From NCBI GenBank assembly GCA_951406725.2, contig OX597819.1:20832001-20896000 (forward strand): a DNA stretch of 64,000 bases, in the 5' to 3' direction. The position numbers and the translations under genes are program-made. The notes beneath the pieces were generated by a model. It was given only the letters and a program-made list of their open reading frames with translations, made no database searches and was not told where the DNA came from. Shown here piece after piece: positions 51,325-63,853 of the stretch; within the stretch, counting starts at the first letter, position 1; every line of letters begins with the position of its first letter. Source of the DNA: Octopus vulgaris (taxonomy: Eukaryota).

Positions 51325-52080
51325 TAGTGCGAGTGATGTCGTTCCCTGATGACAGTGTGCTGGTAGTTGCCAGAGCTGCACATCATAGAATCTCTAAGTT
51401 TAACAATAAAAAAAAACCAATACCTTTACCAAACTGGCAAACTTACCGGCCACTCTAAGAGAAGGAAACATCCCGATTAGAGATGAAGTGTTGGTGCAGT
51501 GTAAGGTATGCAAATACCTATGCAGCAACATTTCAGATAATGCATGACTGAACCAGGAATTTAAATACACAAAGAGCAGAGTGAGTGCTTCATTTGACAG
51601 ACTACGGGAGAAACTATGGAAAAACAGGCATTTTGTTATACGAGTCAAGTGTAATGTATACAACGCTATAGTGCTTTTCTGCCCTACTTTACGGAGCCAA
51701 AACCTGGAGTCTATACAGCTGAAGAAGACAACTTACATGTATGTATGATGAGACAGTTGCGACGAATTATGTCTAACATTCTCTCTGACAAAATCACGAA
51801 TGGAGATATCCTGAAATGTGCTGGTCTGCTTCTTATCCAGGAAACCCTCAATGACAAACTTTTCGTTGGTTGGGATACATACACGGCATGGACAACAACA
51901 GGCTTCCCAGACAAATCCTTTACTCTCAAAAATGGGAAACAAAACATGAAATACCTACACAATTATTCAAAGATGCTGCAAAAAGGAATCTGAAATGGAA
52001 AGAAATTGATCAAAATAAATGAAAAAGTCAAGCGGAAAGCCGAGTAGTGTGGAGACAGCTTATCAATCATATGAAGCCGT
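51325..52080 (+). pseudogene. RTE-clade LINE RT 3' relic
   Basis: FPDDSVL (FADD-like), KYLCSNIS, ASFDRLREKLWKNRH...KCNVYNAIVL, LLYGAKTWSLY, QLRRIMSNI..DKITN.DILKCAGL. Confidence 0.85.
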
Positions 52081-52290
52081 GAACAGTTAACGTGGCGGCG
52101 ACTGGCTGCAAATAAAATGAAAATATGTGGTAGTATGAATAATAGGTGAAAATTTCAGCAACTCCAGCTGTTAAGAATGCACAGAAACAACGGCTGTGAA
52201 TTGAATTACATCTTGTTCATTCCATATTCATTATTATGTGTGTGTGTGTGTGCTTGTGGGAGTGCGTGATGATGTACACACAAACACCCA

Positions 52291-52337
<47 letters not shown>

Positions 52338-52394
52338 TAAATAAAAGGATAAAGGGATATATATATATATCGTAAATAAAAGGATAAAGGGATA

Positions 52395-52640
52395 TATGTG
52401 AATTATCCGGGTAGCCGAAGTCTCCATCACAATGTCGATGGTGTGGGAATCCGATGCTAGATAGTATGACCTTATGGAAATGTTCCTTTACCCTTAGGTG
52501 AATGTAAATCTTGGTCAATTCTACGTATGTCGCTCCACATTCGCATATCATTCGGTACACCCCGTTGCATTTAAAACACTGGAGTTGCCCGTCTTTTGGG
52601 TTGCGTGATTTGAGCTTTGGTTTGGGCAGCATGTGTCCAG
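52395..52640 (-). pseudogene. Penelope-like GIY-YIG fragment
   Basis: NPKD...GVYRMICECGATYVELTKIYIHLRVKEH matches GVY.I.C.CG..Y(V/I)G.T...R.KEH; abuts (TA)n with a duplicated atcgtaaataaaaggataaaggg unit. Confidence 0.75.
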
Positions 52641-53129
52641 CGTGATGCTTGTGTTAGAATTATGCCTTAGCCTGATTCTGGCGGGGAGGACCTATATCTA
52701 GATTCTCCATTTGGATTTGTCCTTCTCTGTCCCTCCTTATTACTCCCTGTACTCTACAACATTTGATTGTATTTTACCTTGTTTCGTGTTATTACGCTTT
52801 TTTCATCTTCCTCCTTTGTCTTTGCTTTCCAACAAATGGTGCTATTCATGTATCTTATAGTCATCTCCTGAACAACGAATTCAAAACTGACAATGTACAG
52901 GAAATTCTCGTTATTTTATTTCTTATGACTCGTAAGTTATAACCTACATCCTGTTTCAAATATATGATCTATTGGTTTCCTAAAAACTATCAAACAACTG
53001 TCAATAATATACAATCATTTCAACCCACAGTGCCATTTATGGCAATCTTATACAATCTCTTCGTACCTAATTCATCTCTTTGTTGTACACAAACACATAC
53101 ATGATGCAACTCAGACACATCAACACATG

Positions 53130-53173
<44 letters not shown>

Positions 53174-53201
53174 CATACACACACACACACACATATACAC
53201 A

Positions 53202-53261
<60 letters not shown>

Positions 53262-54563
53262 CACACACACAGAGTCAGGCAGGCAGAGACAGTTAGATAT
53301 GCATGCACAGAATATCACACTCGCTTATATTTTGTTCTATAACACTTCTTATAAATAATTGTTGTGTGAATATGAGGTCAATTTTAGTGGCATTGAACTT
53401 CTTCTCCATTGGCATATGTTATGCCATCAAACAGAAGAACCAGAAAAGGATGGAATAATTGCTTCTGAGATGTGTATACTACCACCTATGTGTTACATGA
53501 TAAAGATGTTTTGCAAGCAACTTGCACGTGCAACCAGACCAATGCTCTGCATACCGGAAGCCAAGAAGTGTATGCAGTCATCAGGAGAGAATGCGCGCCG
53601 TTTCAGGGCCTGCCCCTCGATGACCTCATTGCGCACTGGCCCCACTCCCCGCTTGTAAGATCAACTGGCTATCAAATCTCAATATTCTGGCCATCGCTCA
53701 TCTTAATGCTATCGACACAGAGGCTGGTAAATTACTTGCTTGTGCAAGTCATGCAGTATATTTAAGAGGTGATCGTGAGAGAATATTCAGTGATTCGTGG
53801 CGGCCCCATTCAATGACATGAGGTCTCACTAGACAGATTGAGTGGTATTTAGCCTTTGGCATTCAGTTTCACGTCTTCCGTGTTGGAATCATAGCACCAT
53901 TTAAATTCTGTCATGCAGGTCTCATTCCGTATACAGGCAAAGAGGTACATGGCAAAACCAATATACATAACTGGCTTTCTCACTTGCAGCTGGCAACAAA
54001 AAGTTTACATTTTGAAATAATCTCTTCTGCAGGAGAGATATCTGGAGTGAATGTGTTTTGCTTTAGACTTTAGCTGGAGCATTTATCAATCCACTGTGGT
54101 TTGATTCCTGGAATATTTTGCTTCGTGTGATAGCTTGCACTTATGAAATCAAATGTCTGTTCTCAAGACTAAATCACAGAATAATAAACAGATATTTTAT
54201 ATAGTTCTATATTTAAGAAATGAAGAATTATTGACGTTATAAATATTTGACAGATATGTGTCCTCAATAAGGGTAGAAAAACATCACAAAGCTATGACAC
54301 GAGGAGATATTAATAAATTGGATATAGCTGATCATGTATGGAAAAATGGAGACCACCTCCCCCTGTGGAATGAAGTTAAAATAATAGACAGAGAACACCA
54401 CTGGAAAATACGAAAACTAAAAGAAGCAGCACATATGCTAGGACACAACAACCTCCTAAGCAGACCTAGTGCAGATATGAATAGCATACGGGAACCAGTA
54501 TTAAGGAAGAGTAGGAGAATATTAGATTTATAAGCTCTAAACATTCACTCCATAATTGCGCAC

Positions 54564-54632
54564 GGGCATATGGCATAGAGGTTAAGAGCGTGGACTACTA
54601 ACACGAAGATTTCTTCGATTCCAGGCAGTGGC
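54564..54632 (+). promoter_or_regulatory. tRNA-like sequence with Pol III A and B boxes inside the PLE 3' UTR
   Basis: gggcataTGGCATAGAGGttaagagcgtggactactaacacgaagatttcTTCGATTCCaggcagtggcc: A box, anticodon-arm-like segment and B box at tRNA-like spacing; degenerate. Confidence 0.65.
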
Positions 54633-54634
54633 CG

Positions 54635-54678
<44 letters not shown>

Positions 54679-54712
54679 TCGAATGAGAACCTAGGTTCGA
54701 AATTTCCCCAAG

Positions 54713-54756
54713 ACACCGGATGAAGTTTGGAGGGTATATCAGCTGAAAGGTTGTGT
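54713..54756 (+). ncRNA. Degenerate minimal hammerhead motif
   Basis: ACAC-CGGATGA-a-gtttg...cagct-GAAAg-GTT-GTGT; stem I ACAC/GTGT, with substitutions in the core. Confidence 0.5.
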
Positions 54757-55873
54757 TAACAACAAAAAATATGAGGACAGATATCCGTCAATTGTAAAAA
54801 AATGTAGATATATAAGCCTTGAATCCTAGTGTTCTAACATCTCTAATTCTCAGGATTTCCTGTTTTGCTGAATATTTAAGTTAAACAAAAATTATCACAA
54901 CTTTTTATTCTTGTTTTCGAAAAAACATTAACACGTATTAAGAGTAGTTTTGCGTCTCTACAGAACTTCCATCGATCTGGAAAATTCATTACATAGTCGG
55001 ACATCCAAATAGAAATAACAGCCAAATCGACTTCAAATAATATTCTACCGTCTAAAAAACATATTGGGTACACTTTGGGTTATGCAGGTCTACATTCATT
55101 AATAACGCTTTAATTAATGCGGTCTAGTCAGTTTGGGCTGGCTATAAATTAAGCAAAAACAAGAGAAGGCACATAGAGTAATTTAACCGTAAAAATACTT
55201 AGGCACAATAATTGTCGAGTGCCAATATTCTGGACACTTTTAAAGATCCTTGCTTGATAAGACTTAAACTGGAGCTTTACAGGAACAAAAATGAACAAAT
55301 AAAATACGCAAATTAACACATCGAATAATGCAATGAAAAATACAATAGGTGAGAATGAATGGAACAACTTTGATCCTAGCTTACTTCTATCTAAACAGCA
55401 GAAACATTAGAGTTTCACAAAAGAATACTGTAAAGAATAAAAAAAGATAATAATAGTAATAAAATAAGTCGTTATTTCTTTTAGAACGAACAACTGGTTA
55501 AGAAAAAATGTCCATCATACATTTGACGTGTAGGGTATCAGTGTCTATTGTTGCCTCCAATTCTTGTATATTACTAGCCTCGCAAACCTAACATATAGAA
55601 TTGAGAGTGAAAAGAAAGCTAACCTTTAGAAGACAGATAAAAAGGAATCCTATTCCATCTTTAACATAATCATCTATATAAGCACAAACAATGGCCTATT
55701 CACAGTTACGATGCTGTGGAGAACGTTAATATTCACAAAACATTCCTTACTGAGATCGCGGTTGCTACAATCTATGCGAAAAAGAATTCTGAGAATGTGC
55801 CAAGGCAATTTGTATACATGTCTATATTGAAGCATACAGATGTTAGTGTGCGTGCATACACATAGATAGATAG

Positions 55874-55903
<30 letters not shown>

Positions 55904-55907
<4 letters not shown>

Positions 55908-56228
55908 TATACATGCATAATACACACACACATGCACATACAAACGCACATGCATATGTGTATATATTATGTATGTATATAAATGTGTGCATACATACAC
56001 ACACAAATATACATATTATACATGCATAATACACACACACATGCACATACAAACGCACATGCATATGTGTATATATTATGTATGTATATAAATGTGTGTA
56101 TACATACACACACAAATATACATATTATACATACATGATAAACACACATACACATGCACATACAAACACACATGCATACGTGTATATATTATGTATGCAA
56201 TAAATATGTGTGTACACACACGCATACA

Positions 56229-56230
<2 letters not shown>
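55904..56230. repeat. 109 bp minisatellite x3 built from degenerate CA/TA microsatellite
   Basis: atattatacat... starts at 55904, 56013 and 56122. Confidence 0.9.
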
Positions 56231-56276
<46 letters not shown>

Positions 56277-58313
56277 TATATATATATATAGTTGCAATTG
56301 TGTGATTATACAGATTCTTACATGTGTGCGCGTGTGTGTAAGATCGTATACACTGAAGAATACAAAACATACATTCACACACGTGCTTAGAGAACGATGG
56401 AAATGGCAAAGTGTTATGTTAGGTTTTAATTGGTTTCCAATAGCGAAAGATTGTAGAAGTGTAAATTGCTAAACGTGTTTGTGCGAATAGAATACTTCTT
56501 GGCGAATAAAGGCCGCATAATAAATATACGTGACAGGAGAGTATTAACGCAGGAAGCGAACGCGACTTGAATTGCGGTAAACATTAATGAATACGAACGA
56601 AGAAAAGATATTTCATTGGATTGGTCGGCGAGATAAGTTGACACTATAGCATTTTCCTCGTGTGTATTGTCAGAAAATTCTGCAGATTGAGACCGAGTTC
56701 GCTATTATAGGTGCTTAATTAAGAAAGAAAAAAGCATGGTCGGTCGTTGTTCAATGGAAGTCCATTGGAATGCTTTCCGTGCAGGTAATGACAGGGTTGG
56801 TATTTTAAAGTTATTTTAGATTCCGCCATGTCTCTTCATGTTATATTTATCGATAACAACAAAAGAATAAATATAAACTGGAAGTTGAGCCAAGAAATTA
56901 TCTCCTTTGTAGGCGCTCGAACTGCTAGAAATAGCAACAAAACGTTCTTTAAATAACACTCAACCGTGATTTCGATAACATAAAATCGGCGTTACATTAA
57001 GTTCAAGATCCGCCATAATATAGTTCGAATTCAAATAATCAAAATTCTGCTTTAAGACTGCAAAATGTTATTTGGGAGAGTTTTGGTGGCTGACATGGGT
57101 GGTTGAGTAAGCATAGAGAAGGTGGCGTAGACATTTCTCATTAGAAATAAAATAACACAGGAAAATGCCTGTCGGAGAGATAACAACAGCAACTAAAGAA
57201 AGAATACGGCGTTACAGTTTCATATTACAGATATTATTTGAGGATTGGCATTTAAGTAAGGTAAATTAAATATCAAACAATAACCATTAAATCATATGGT
57301 TTGATTTACTACATTATCTCACAACTAGTTTTGTATTAGGGACAGATAATGTTAAGAGAATCGACTCAAGTATATAGTCGTTCTATAAACTCTACATATC
57401 TTTTGATATGGTAGGTAATATATTCCTGAATAAAGTCAAGAACTCTAACGTGCAGCAACATATTGGTGAATCAAATGAGCTTAGACACGTTCTGAAATAT
57501 GTAGGAGATGTATCAGGATATATACTGTACTGATTCACCAGGAACAGGACAGAACTAGCATGAGAACAAATAAGGGACTAAAAGAAACGATCTGGATCAT
57601 GTGATAGAAGCCAGAGAAAGTGAGCGATCCGTTTTAGTGACATGTGACTATACCCATTGACAGAACAGCTCACTCTGAATACTAATGAAGAAGAATGATG
57701 ATGTTGATGAAAAGGAGGAGTTAGAGGATAAAGATGTAGTGGTGTTCATCGTGATGAAATATGTCTTACGGGATATGATCTCAAAACATTAAAGACTGCA
57801 ACATACTTTTCCCCCCCCCCCGCTGATATCTGTCATACTACAATAATTGTGGGTCACTGTTCTTTCATTCTTCAGTCGATTATATGAAATATCATAATGC
57901 TTGAAAAACTTTATATTTTAATGATGCTCAAGTGATGAACTTATAATATGAGGTAACACTATGTAACGTAATCACTGCGCTGTTTTCTTTGCGAACTTAG
58001 CATTCTTAATTCTCATCGCACCGGTTTCGATTTGCCTTTATCCCTTCCAATGTAAAGCAACGTACCAATCATATATTGGGATTAATACAATCAGGGGTGC
58101 CTACACCAACTTCTGGCCTTGCACATTTCTAGGAAATTATTATAAACAATCACAGATTCATGTAGCCTTGTTGTTACATATGTTCAATGCCAACGCAAGC
58201 AAACATTATTAGCATACTCATCATCGTCATTCTCTTCCTCCCCTCTCCACCCTCCTCCTCATCATCATCGCCATTAGTTAGCAGGTATATTATCTTCAGT
58301 TAGCAGGAATATT

Positions 58314-58545
58314 AGGCGGCAAGCTGGCAGAAGCGTTAGCACCCCGGGCGAAATGCGTAGCCGTATTTCGTCTGCCGTTACGTTCTGAGTTCAAATCCGC
58401 CAAGGTCGACTTTACCTTTCATCCTTTCGGGGTCGATAAATTAAGTATCAGTTACGCACTGGGGTCGATGTAATCGACTTAATCCGTTTGTCTGTCCTTG
58501 TTTGTCTCCTCTGTGTTTAGCCCCTTTGTGGGTAGTAAAGAAATA
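58314..58545 (+). mobile_element. SINE family A (A2 tail) with 17 bp TSD, inserted in an R4 3' UTR
   Basis: TSD aggtatattatcttcag at 58283-58299 and 58545-58561. Confidence 0.95.
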
Positions 58546-58561
58546 GGTATATTATCTTCAG

Positions 58562-59465
58562 GTTTGTTGACAACAAGTCTCTTTAGATCACAAGAGCCTT
58601 CTTAAGGATTCTTGCAGAATATAGGATGGTACTTTTCTGTAATGTGAATTTCAATTCCAGTCGCTTTCACTCTTTTATATAGTATTTTGTGTGTTGTGCC
58701 AAGTGCAACAATTACCAGAGGAATAATTGTTGACTTAGTCTTCCACAGTTCCTAGTTCTCTAGCTTGTTTCTGATATTTCTCAGTTGTTTGCAATTCATT
58801 TGGTATGAAGTGTGTTATCGAAGTGGCAAAATCTATGAGTATGCCCTGTGTTCAATTCCTCTACAATATTGACTGGTCTTCTTGCTTTGATAGTATTGTC
58901 AGTCTTTATGGTGAAGTGCCGCGAGATCTTGTAATTCTGAGTTTCTCTCCCAGCCTCTGATTTGTCTTCATAATATTTTTCTGTTGCTTTAAAGCCATAA
59001 TCTCGTCTAAAATTCCAATGAAATTTTCTTCCTGCACACTTATGTCTGTACTTGTATTTCTTTTAAGCTACTACACTCACAGAAAACGAGATTGAGACTC
59101 TTGCTTCCTTTACTGCGGATTCAATATTTGTTGTCTAAGTTTTGTCGATCTATACCTTATTCAGGTTTGTTGTAAGGGCCTGTGATTGAGTGTCTATGGT
59201 TATCGTATCTGTCTATACTTTCAACTTTGCGTCCATCACCCAGAACCAGCGATCTCGCTCCATTTGTTTATTCTGTGGATCTTCCTTTTGGGGAATCTCT
59301 GCCAGACGGAAGTATTCTTTTTTCACAACATAATTTTTCAAAACCGCCATTGCAGTGTTGACAATGTGTTCAGCGTTCTGGAGACCTCTGCCAAATTTCC
59401 TTTCTTGACAGAGAGATTGATAATTCTTGTTGTCCGTAAGAGACAAACTTTCTCTAGCATTTCTA
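58562..59465 (-). pseudogene. R4/Dong-clade LINE 3' relic
   Basis: Minus strand IKTDNTIKARRP..., WKTKSTIIPLVIVALGT, LQKSTILYSARILKKAL*. Confidence 0.85.
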
Positions 59466-59469
59466 CCGA

Positions 59470-60660
59470 GCATTATATTTCAGTCTCCTTCAACCATTTC
59501 TCTATATTTTGGCTTACTGTTCCCAACGCACCAATTACTATAGGCACGACTTTTACTATTTGCCTGCTCCAAATTCTTTCTATTTCGATTCTTAAGGAAT
59601 TCATATTTGTTTTTCTCTCTCTTTCTCCATGATTCTGGAATCAAATGGGCCTGATAAGACGATAAGTAAGCAATTTCACTTTCCCTTATCTATAATTGTT
59701 ATGTCCGGTCTATTATTTTCTAACTTCTTGTCCGTTTGAACAAGAAAGTCTCACAAAATCTTATATTTGTCCGACTTTGTTTTTCTTTCGACTCGATGGC
59801 TGTACCATGTGTTTCCAGTTGCAAATTACCATTTCTGGCAGAGTTTCCAGTGTATAACTTTTACAATATGGTCGTGTCTCTATTTCTTATATTCTTTCTG
59901 TGCCAAATTTGGGACATTCTATCACAATGTGTCCCACTTCTGGCTCCAATTCCACAGGCTCTACATTTTTCTGATGGATTCTCCCCACATATATATCTTT
60001 TCTCAATTTGTTTTTATGGCTTGATCTTAGGCTGCTAATTTTAGTCTCCCTGTTTCTTCTTTTAATAACCCATTTTATAACCAATCGTAGGAATTTTTCC
60101 CGCACACACCTTCAGTGTCTCTTCAAAATTGGCCATGTGCAGGTATTTCTTCGATCTGTCTCATGTTCCCTCTTTGTATTTCATTCTTGTCCTTTTCCCC
60201 TTTTATGCGATTCATCACACGTCCTTTATTGATTGTCTTTAGTAGTTTTTTCTGTGCTGTTCTATAAATACTCAGACATTTTGTCTCTATCTGTACATAT
60301 TCTTCTACAGCTATTAAACCTCTTCCCCCCTTGGTCTGTCTCTTCTCCAGTACAGCTGGTGACATTAGCCTTTTGATGGTGGTCTCCATACATCGTCGAC
60401 AACTTCCCAGCTTTTCTCTGCCACGTCTCTTTATATCATTGTTCATCCAGAGCGTAATCCCAAGTCCGTATCTGATGAAGCGTACTGTTCATGAATTTAT
60501 TGCTTCAATAGCAGTTTTTGAATTCAGCTTTGACTGCAATAATTTTCTTACTCTCCTTGTGCACTCCCTGCACAAGGAGTTTGTTTCATTCCTTCATTTT
60601 TTTTTATCTCGTCTGCGTCCAATATTCCCAAATACTTAAACCACTGTCGTTTCTCAGCCG
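59470..60660 (-). pseudogene. Second R4/Dong-clade LINE relic in tandem
   Basis: Minus strand FKYLGILDADEIK, KGGRGLIAVEE, DKKLENNRPDITIIDK, GPFDSRI.EKE, IERIWS...VVPIVIGALGTVS. Confidence 0.88.
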
Positions 60661-60699
60661 TACTTTTCACAAAACCTCCATTGAACGAACTTAGCCGCG

Positions 60700-62489
60700 T
60701 CATAGTGCTTCTTTTGCAGTGCTTTTTGGCCATAATTATAACTATTATTGCTATCATCGTTAATATCAAAAATTAAAAGATTCATATATTTAGCCATGTT
60801 ATCATCAAATTTGTCATTACTGTGGCTGTCGTTACCATCATCATCATCACCACCACCACCAGCATTATCATCCTTATCGCATGGATTAGCTACATCATCA
60901 TCATCATTATTTCAGTTATCACCATTATCATCTCCATCATCGTTGTTATCATCATTGATATTTCATGTTATAATTGTATGTTTACCCAACACGGCTTCTC
61001 TGTAGTTTTCTCCGTGAAAATATTATTATGACCAATAACAAAAAGCAATATATTCAACAATCCAATTACACATTGCAATAATAATTACTATCCTAATCTT
61101 CATTAATATAACCCTCATGATCATCAGCATCATCATCCCCACCGCCAACAATACTGATCCTCATCGTCATCATCATCATCATCATCATCGTCACCAACAT
61201 TACTGTCATCACCACCACCACCATCCTCATCTTCATCGTCACCCAGGCCACCACCGTCGCTGCCACTGCCACGAAGACCACCATCGTCATCATCCTCACC
61301 ATTATGATCACCACCGCCACTGCAACCACCACCACCACCACCACCGATATCATCATCGTCGTCTCCAACACGACCACAACCACCACCACCACCACCACCA
61401 TCGATATCATCATCGTCGTCTCCAACACGACCACAACCACCACCACCACCACCACCGATATCATCATCGTCGTCTCCAACACGACCACAACCACCAACAC
61501 CAGCATCATCATAACGATCAACCTCTACTACCATCATCATCATCATCATCACGATCAACCTCTACTACCATCATCATCATCACGATCACCACCACCATCC
61601 TCATTGACCCAACCACCACCACCATCACCACCATCATCATTTTGAATATTTTTGTCATATAGTTATACAGTTGTTGTTGTTGTTGTTGTTACTGTTCTAC
61701 ACTTGTTTCTGTTGTTTTATTCTTCGTTCTCGACTTCATGTTTTCCTGTCTATTTTGTTATATAGACGCGTTGTCGTTTATTTGTGTCGGTCCATCCCAA
61801 AACACAAAGCAGCACACACACACACACACACACAAACGTACCCATTCATTTACACACCACACACAACCACCACCACGACCACCGCCAGCACCACCGCCGC
61901 CACCGTCAGTAGTGTAATACGAAAAATAATACAAATAGTACAAGAAAAATTCCAACAATGTTGTAACGACATTAGGAATAAGGTTGCATTAATGTTGATG
62001 TAATGGAACATTGAAAGAGAGAAATAGAGAGGAGGAGGGGGAGGTGGTGATGGTGGGAGGAAGGAAGAAAGAAAGGAAGGAAGGAAGCGAAGGAAAGGGT
62101 TCACGGATCGATATGTATTGGTTGGCAAAACAATAAAATTCAAGTGCCAATTAGCAGTTCGATTTTCCAGATTAGATTTGAAACAAACGAAGAAACTAAA
62201 CGCAAAAACAAAAAAATAAAATAAAAACAAAAACAGTAGGAAAGACAGAAGGGAGGAAAGGGGGGAGGAAAATAAGGAGAAAGAGAGAAAGAGAGAGAGA
62301 GAGGAAGAAGACAAACATTTACCATTCAGGTCAATTTTTTTAAAAAAAAACAACAAAACATCGAGACAATAACACATAATAAATGGATTTATTTTACACT
62401 TGGAATTAGGCTAATTGCTTCGACATCATCATCATCATCATCATCAACATCATCATCAATCTCATTATTATCTTCTTCCTTTTCCGCCT

Positions 62490-62523
<34 letters not shown>

Positions 62524-63000
62524 GTAATAATACTAATAATGATAATGATTATAATAACAATATTAATATTAATAATTATTATTACTGTTGTTATTATTAT
62601 CTACTTCATTGTCAAGAGAATCTTCATCCTCATTTTAATGATGATGATGATGACGATGAGGATGATAAAAGCTGATTATTGTGATATTAATTTTAGTAGT
62701 AGTAGTAGTATTAATACTATTAATATCAATATTATTTATTGTTGTCGTTGTTGTTGTAGAAGTAAGACACTAATAAGAACAAGAACAAAACGATGACGAA
62801 AACTATGATCGTTAATGTCATAATTATCATCAATATAATTATCAGGAGCTTCCAACTCTCAACGCCAATTCTTTCAAAATTCCTAATCGTCATCATCATC
62901 ATCATCATCATTATTATCAGCAGCATCATTACCACCGTCGACGTCGTCATCATCATCAATACTTTCATCAATACCATTAGAATCCGTTTGTAGGCAGAAA
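60700..63000. repeat. Cluster of degenerate triplet microsatellites (ATC, ACC, AAT, GTT) with a 54-57 bp unit x3
   Basis: gatatcatcatcgtcgtctccaacacgaccacaac at 61346, 61403 and 61457. Confidence 0.9.
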
Positions 63001-63164
63001 TGAGATGTTATTTCAAATATTAACTGAATATAAACGAGGTTCTTTGTTTGGTTTCCGCGTTTTGTGAAAGACATTCGACAGTTCTGTGGTTCCCGTTCCT
63101 AACAAAACGGAGCGAATCAAAGACAACTAGAACAGATAGACTATTCGTAAATACCCAAGTAATA

Positions 63165-63366
63165 TTTCTATGAAACTTCGGCACAATACCAACAGTTTTG
63201 AGGAAGTATGAAGCCCAAAGTTCAACTGGTAGTTAATTTTTCGGTCCTGAAAGGATAAAATGCAATGTCGATCTACGTGGAATTTGAACTCAGAACGTCA
63301 AAAACAGACGAAATGCCACTAAGCATTTCACCCGGCGTGATGACTGTTCAGCCAGTTCTCCTCCTT
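63165..63366 (-). mobile_element. SINE family A (A1 tail), degraded
   Basis: caactggtagttaattt...gaaaggataaaatgcaatgtcga...ggaatttgaactcagaacgt...ctaagcatttcacccggcgtg. Confidence 0.85.
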
Positions 63367-63462
63367 TCGACAAATCTTCCTTAATTTTTGTTCATATATA
63401 TGTATACAAAATTAAGTTTAATATACCATACTTTGGGCCACCAACAATGTATTGCCTTTACA

Positions 63463-63853
63463 AGGCGGCGAGCTGGCAGATACGTTAGCACGTCGGACGA
63501 AATGCTTAGCGGTATTTCATCTGCCGCTACGTTCTGAGTTCAAATTTGCCTTTCATCCTTTCGGGGTCGATTAAATACGTACCAGTTACGCACTGGGATC
63601 GATATAATCGACTTAATCCGTTTGTCTGTCCTTGTTTGTCCTCTCTGTGTTTAGCCCCTTGTGAGCAGTCAAGAAACAGAAATAAGTACATCGTCTATCT
63701 TTATGATTTGAGTTCAAGTTCTTCTGAGGTCAACTTTGCCTTTCATCCTTTCGGGGGTCGATGAATTAAGTACCAGTTGCGTAATGGGGTCGATCTAATC
63801 AACTGCCCCCCCCCCCCTTATATCGGGCCTTGTGCCTAGAGTAGAAAAGAAAA
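63463..63853 (+). mobile_element. Dimeric SINE A: full A2 copy followed by a headless A1 copy, within one 13 bp TSD
   Basis: TSD tattgcctttaca at 63450-63462 and 63854-63866. Confidence 0.88.

Larger units (their letters stand above)
54195..54815 (+). mobile_element. 5'-truncated Penelope-like element: GIY-YIG C-terminus, tRNA-like segment, (AAT)n, hammerhead-like pLTR; inverted pLTR piece at the 5' end
   Basis: ORF 54258-54533 RVEKH...IADHVWKNGDHLPLWNEVKIIDREHHWKIRKLKEAAHM. ttgacagatatgtgtcctc (~54247-54265) is the reverse complement of gaggacagatatccgtcaa (~54773-54791). Confidence 0.85.

Noticed and set aside
56400-56700. CpG-rich stretch with attggattgg as a possible promoter
   Set aside because: No downstream exon or gene is identifiable, and motifs this short occur by chance.
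61346-61495. 35 bp unit repeated three times with short spacers, superficially CRISPR-like
   Set aside because: Spacers are just (CAC)n, the context is eukaryotic and there are no cas genes.
61093-61662. His-rich, Gly/Asp-rich and Thr-rich ORFs suggesting a metal-binding or structural protein
   Set aside because: Four overlapping frames on both strands are open because the DNA is (CAT)/(CAC) triplet repeat; no splice or non-repeat context supports a gene.
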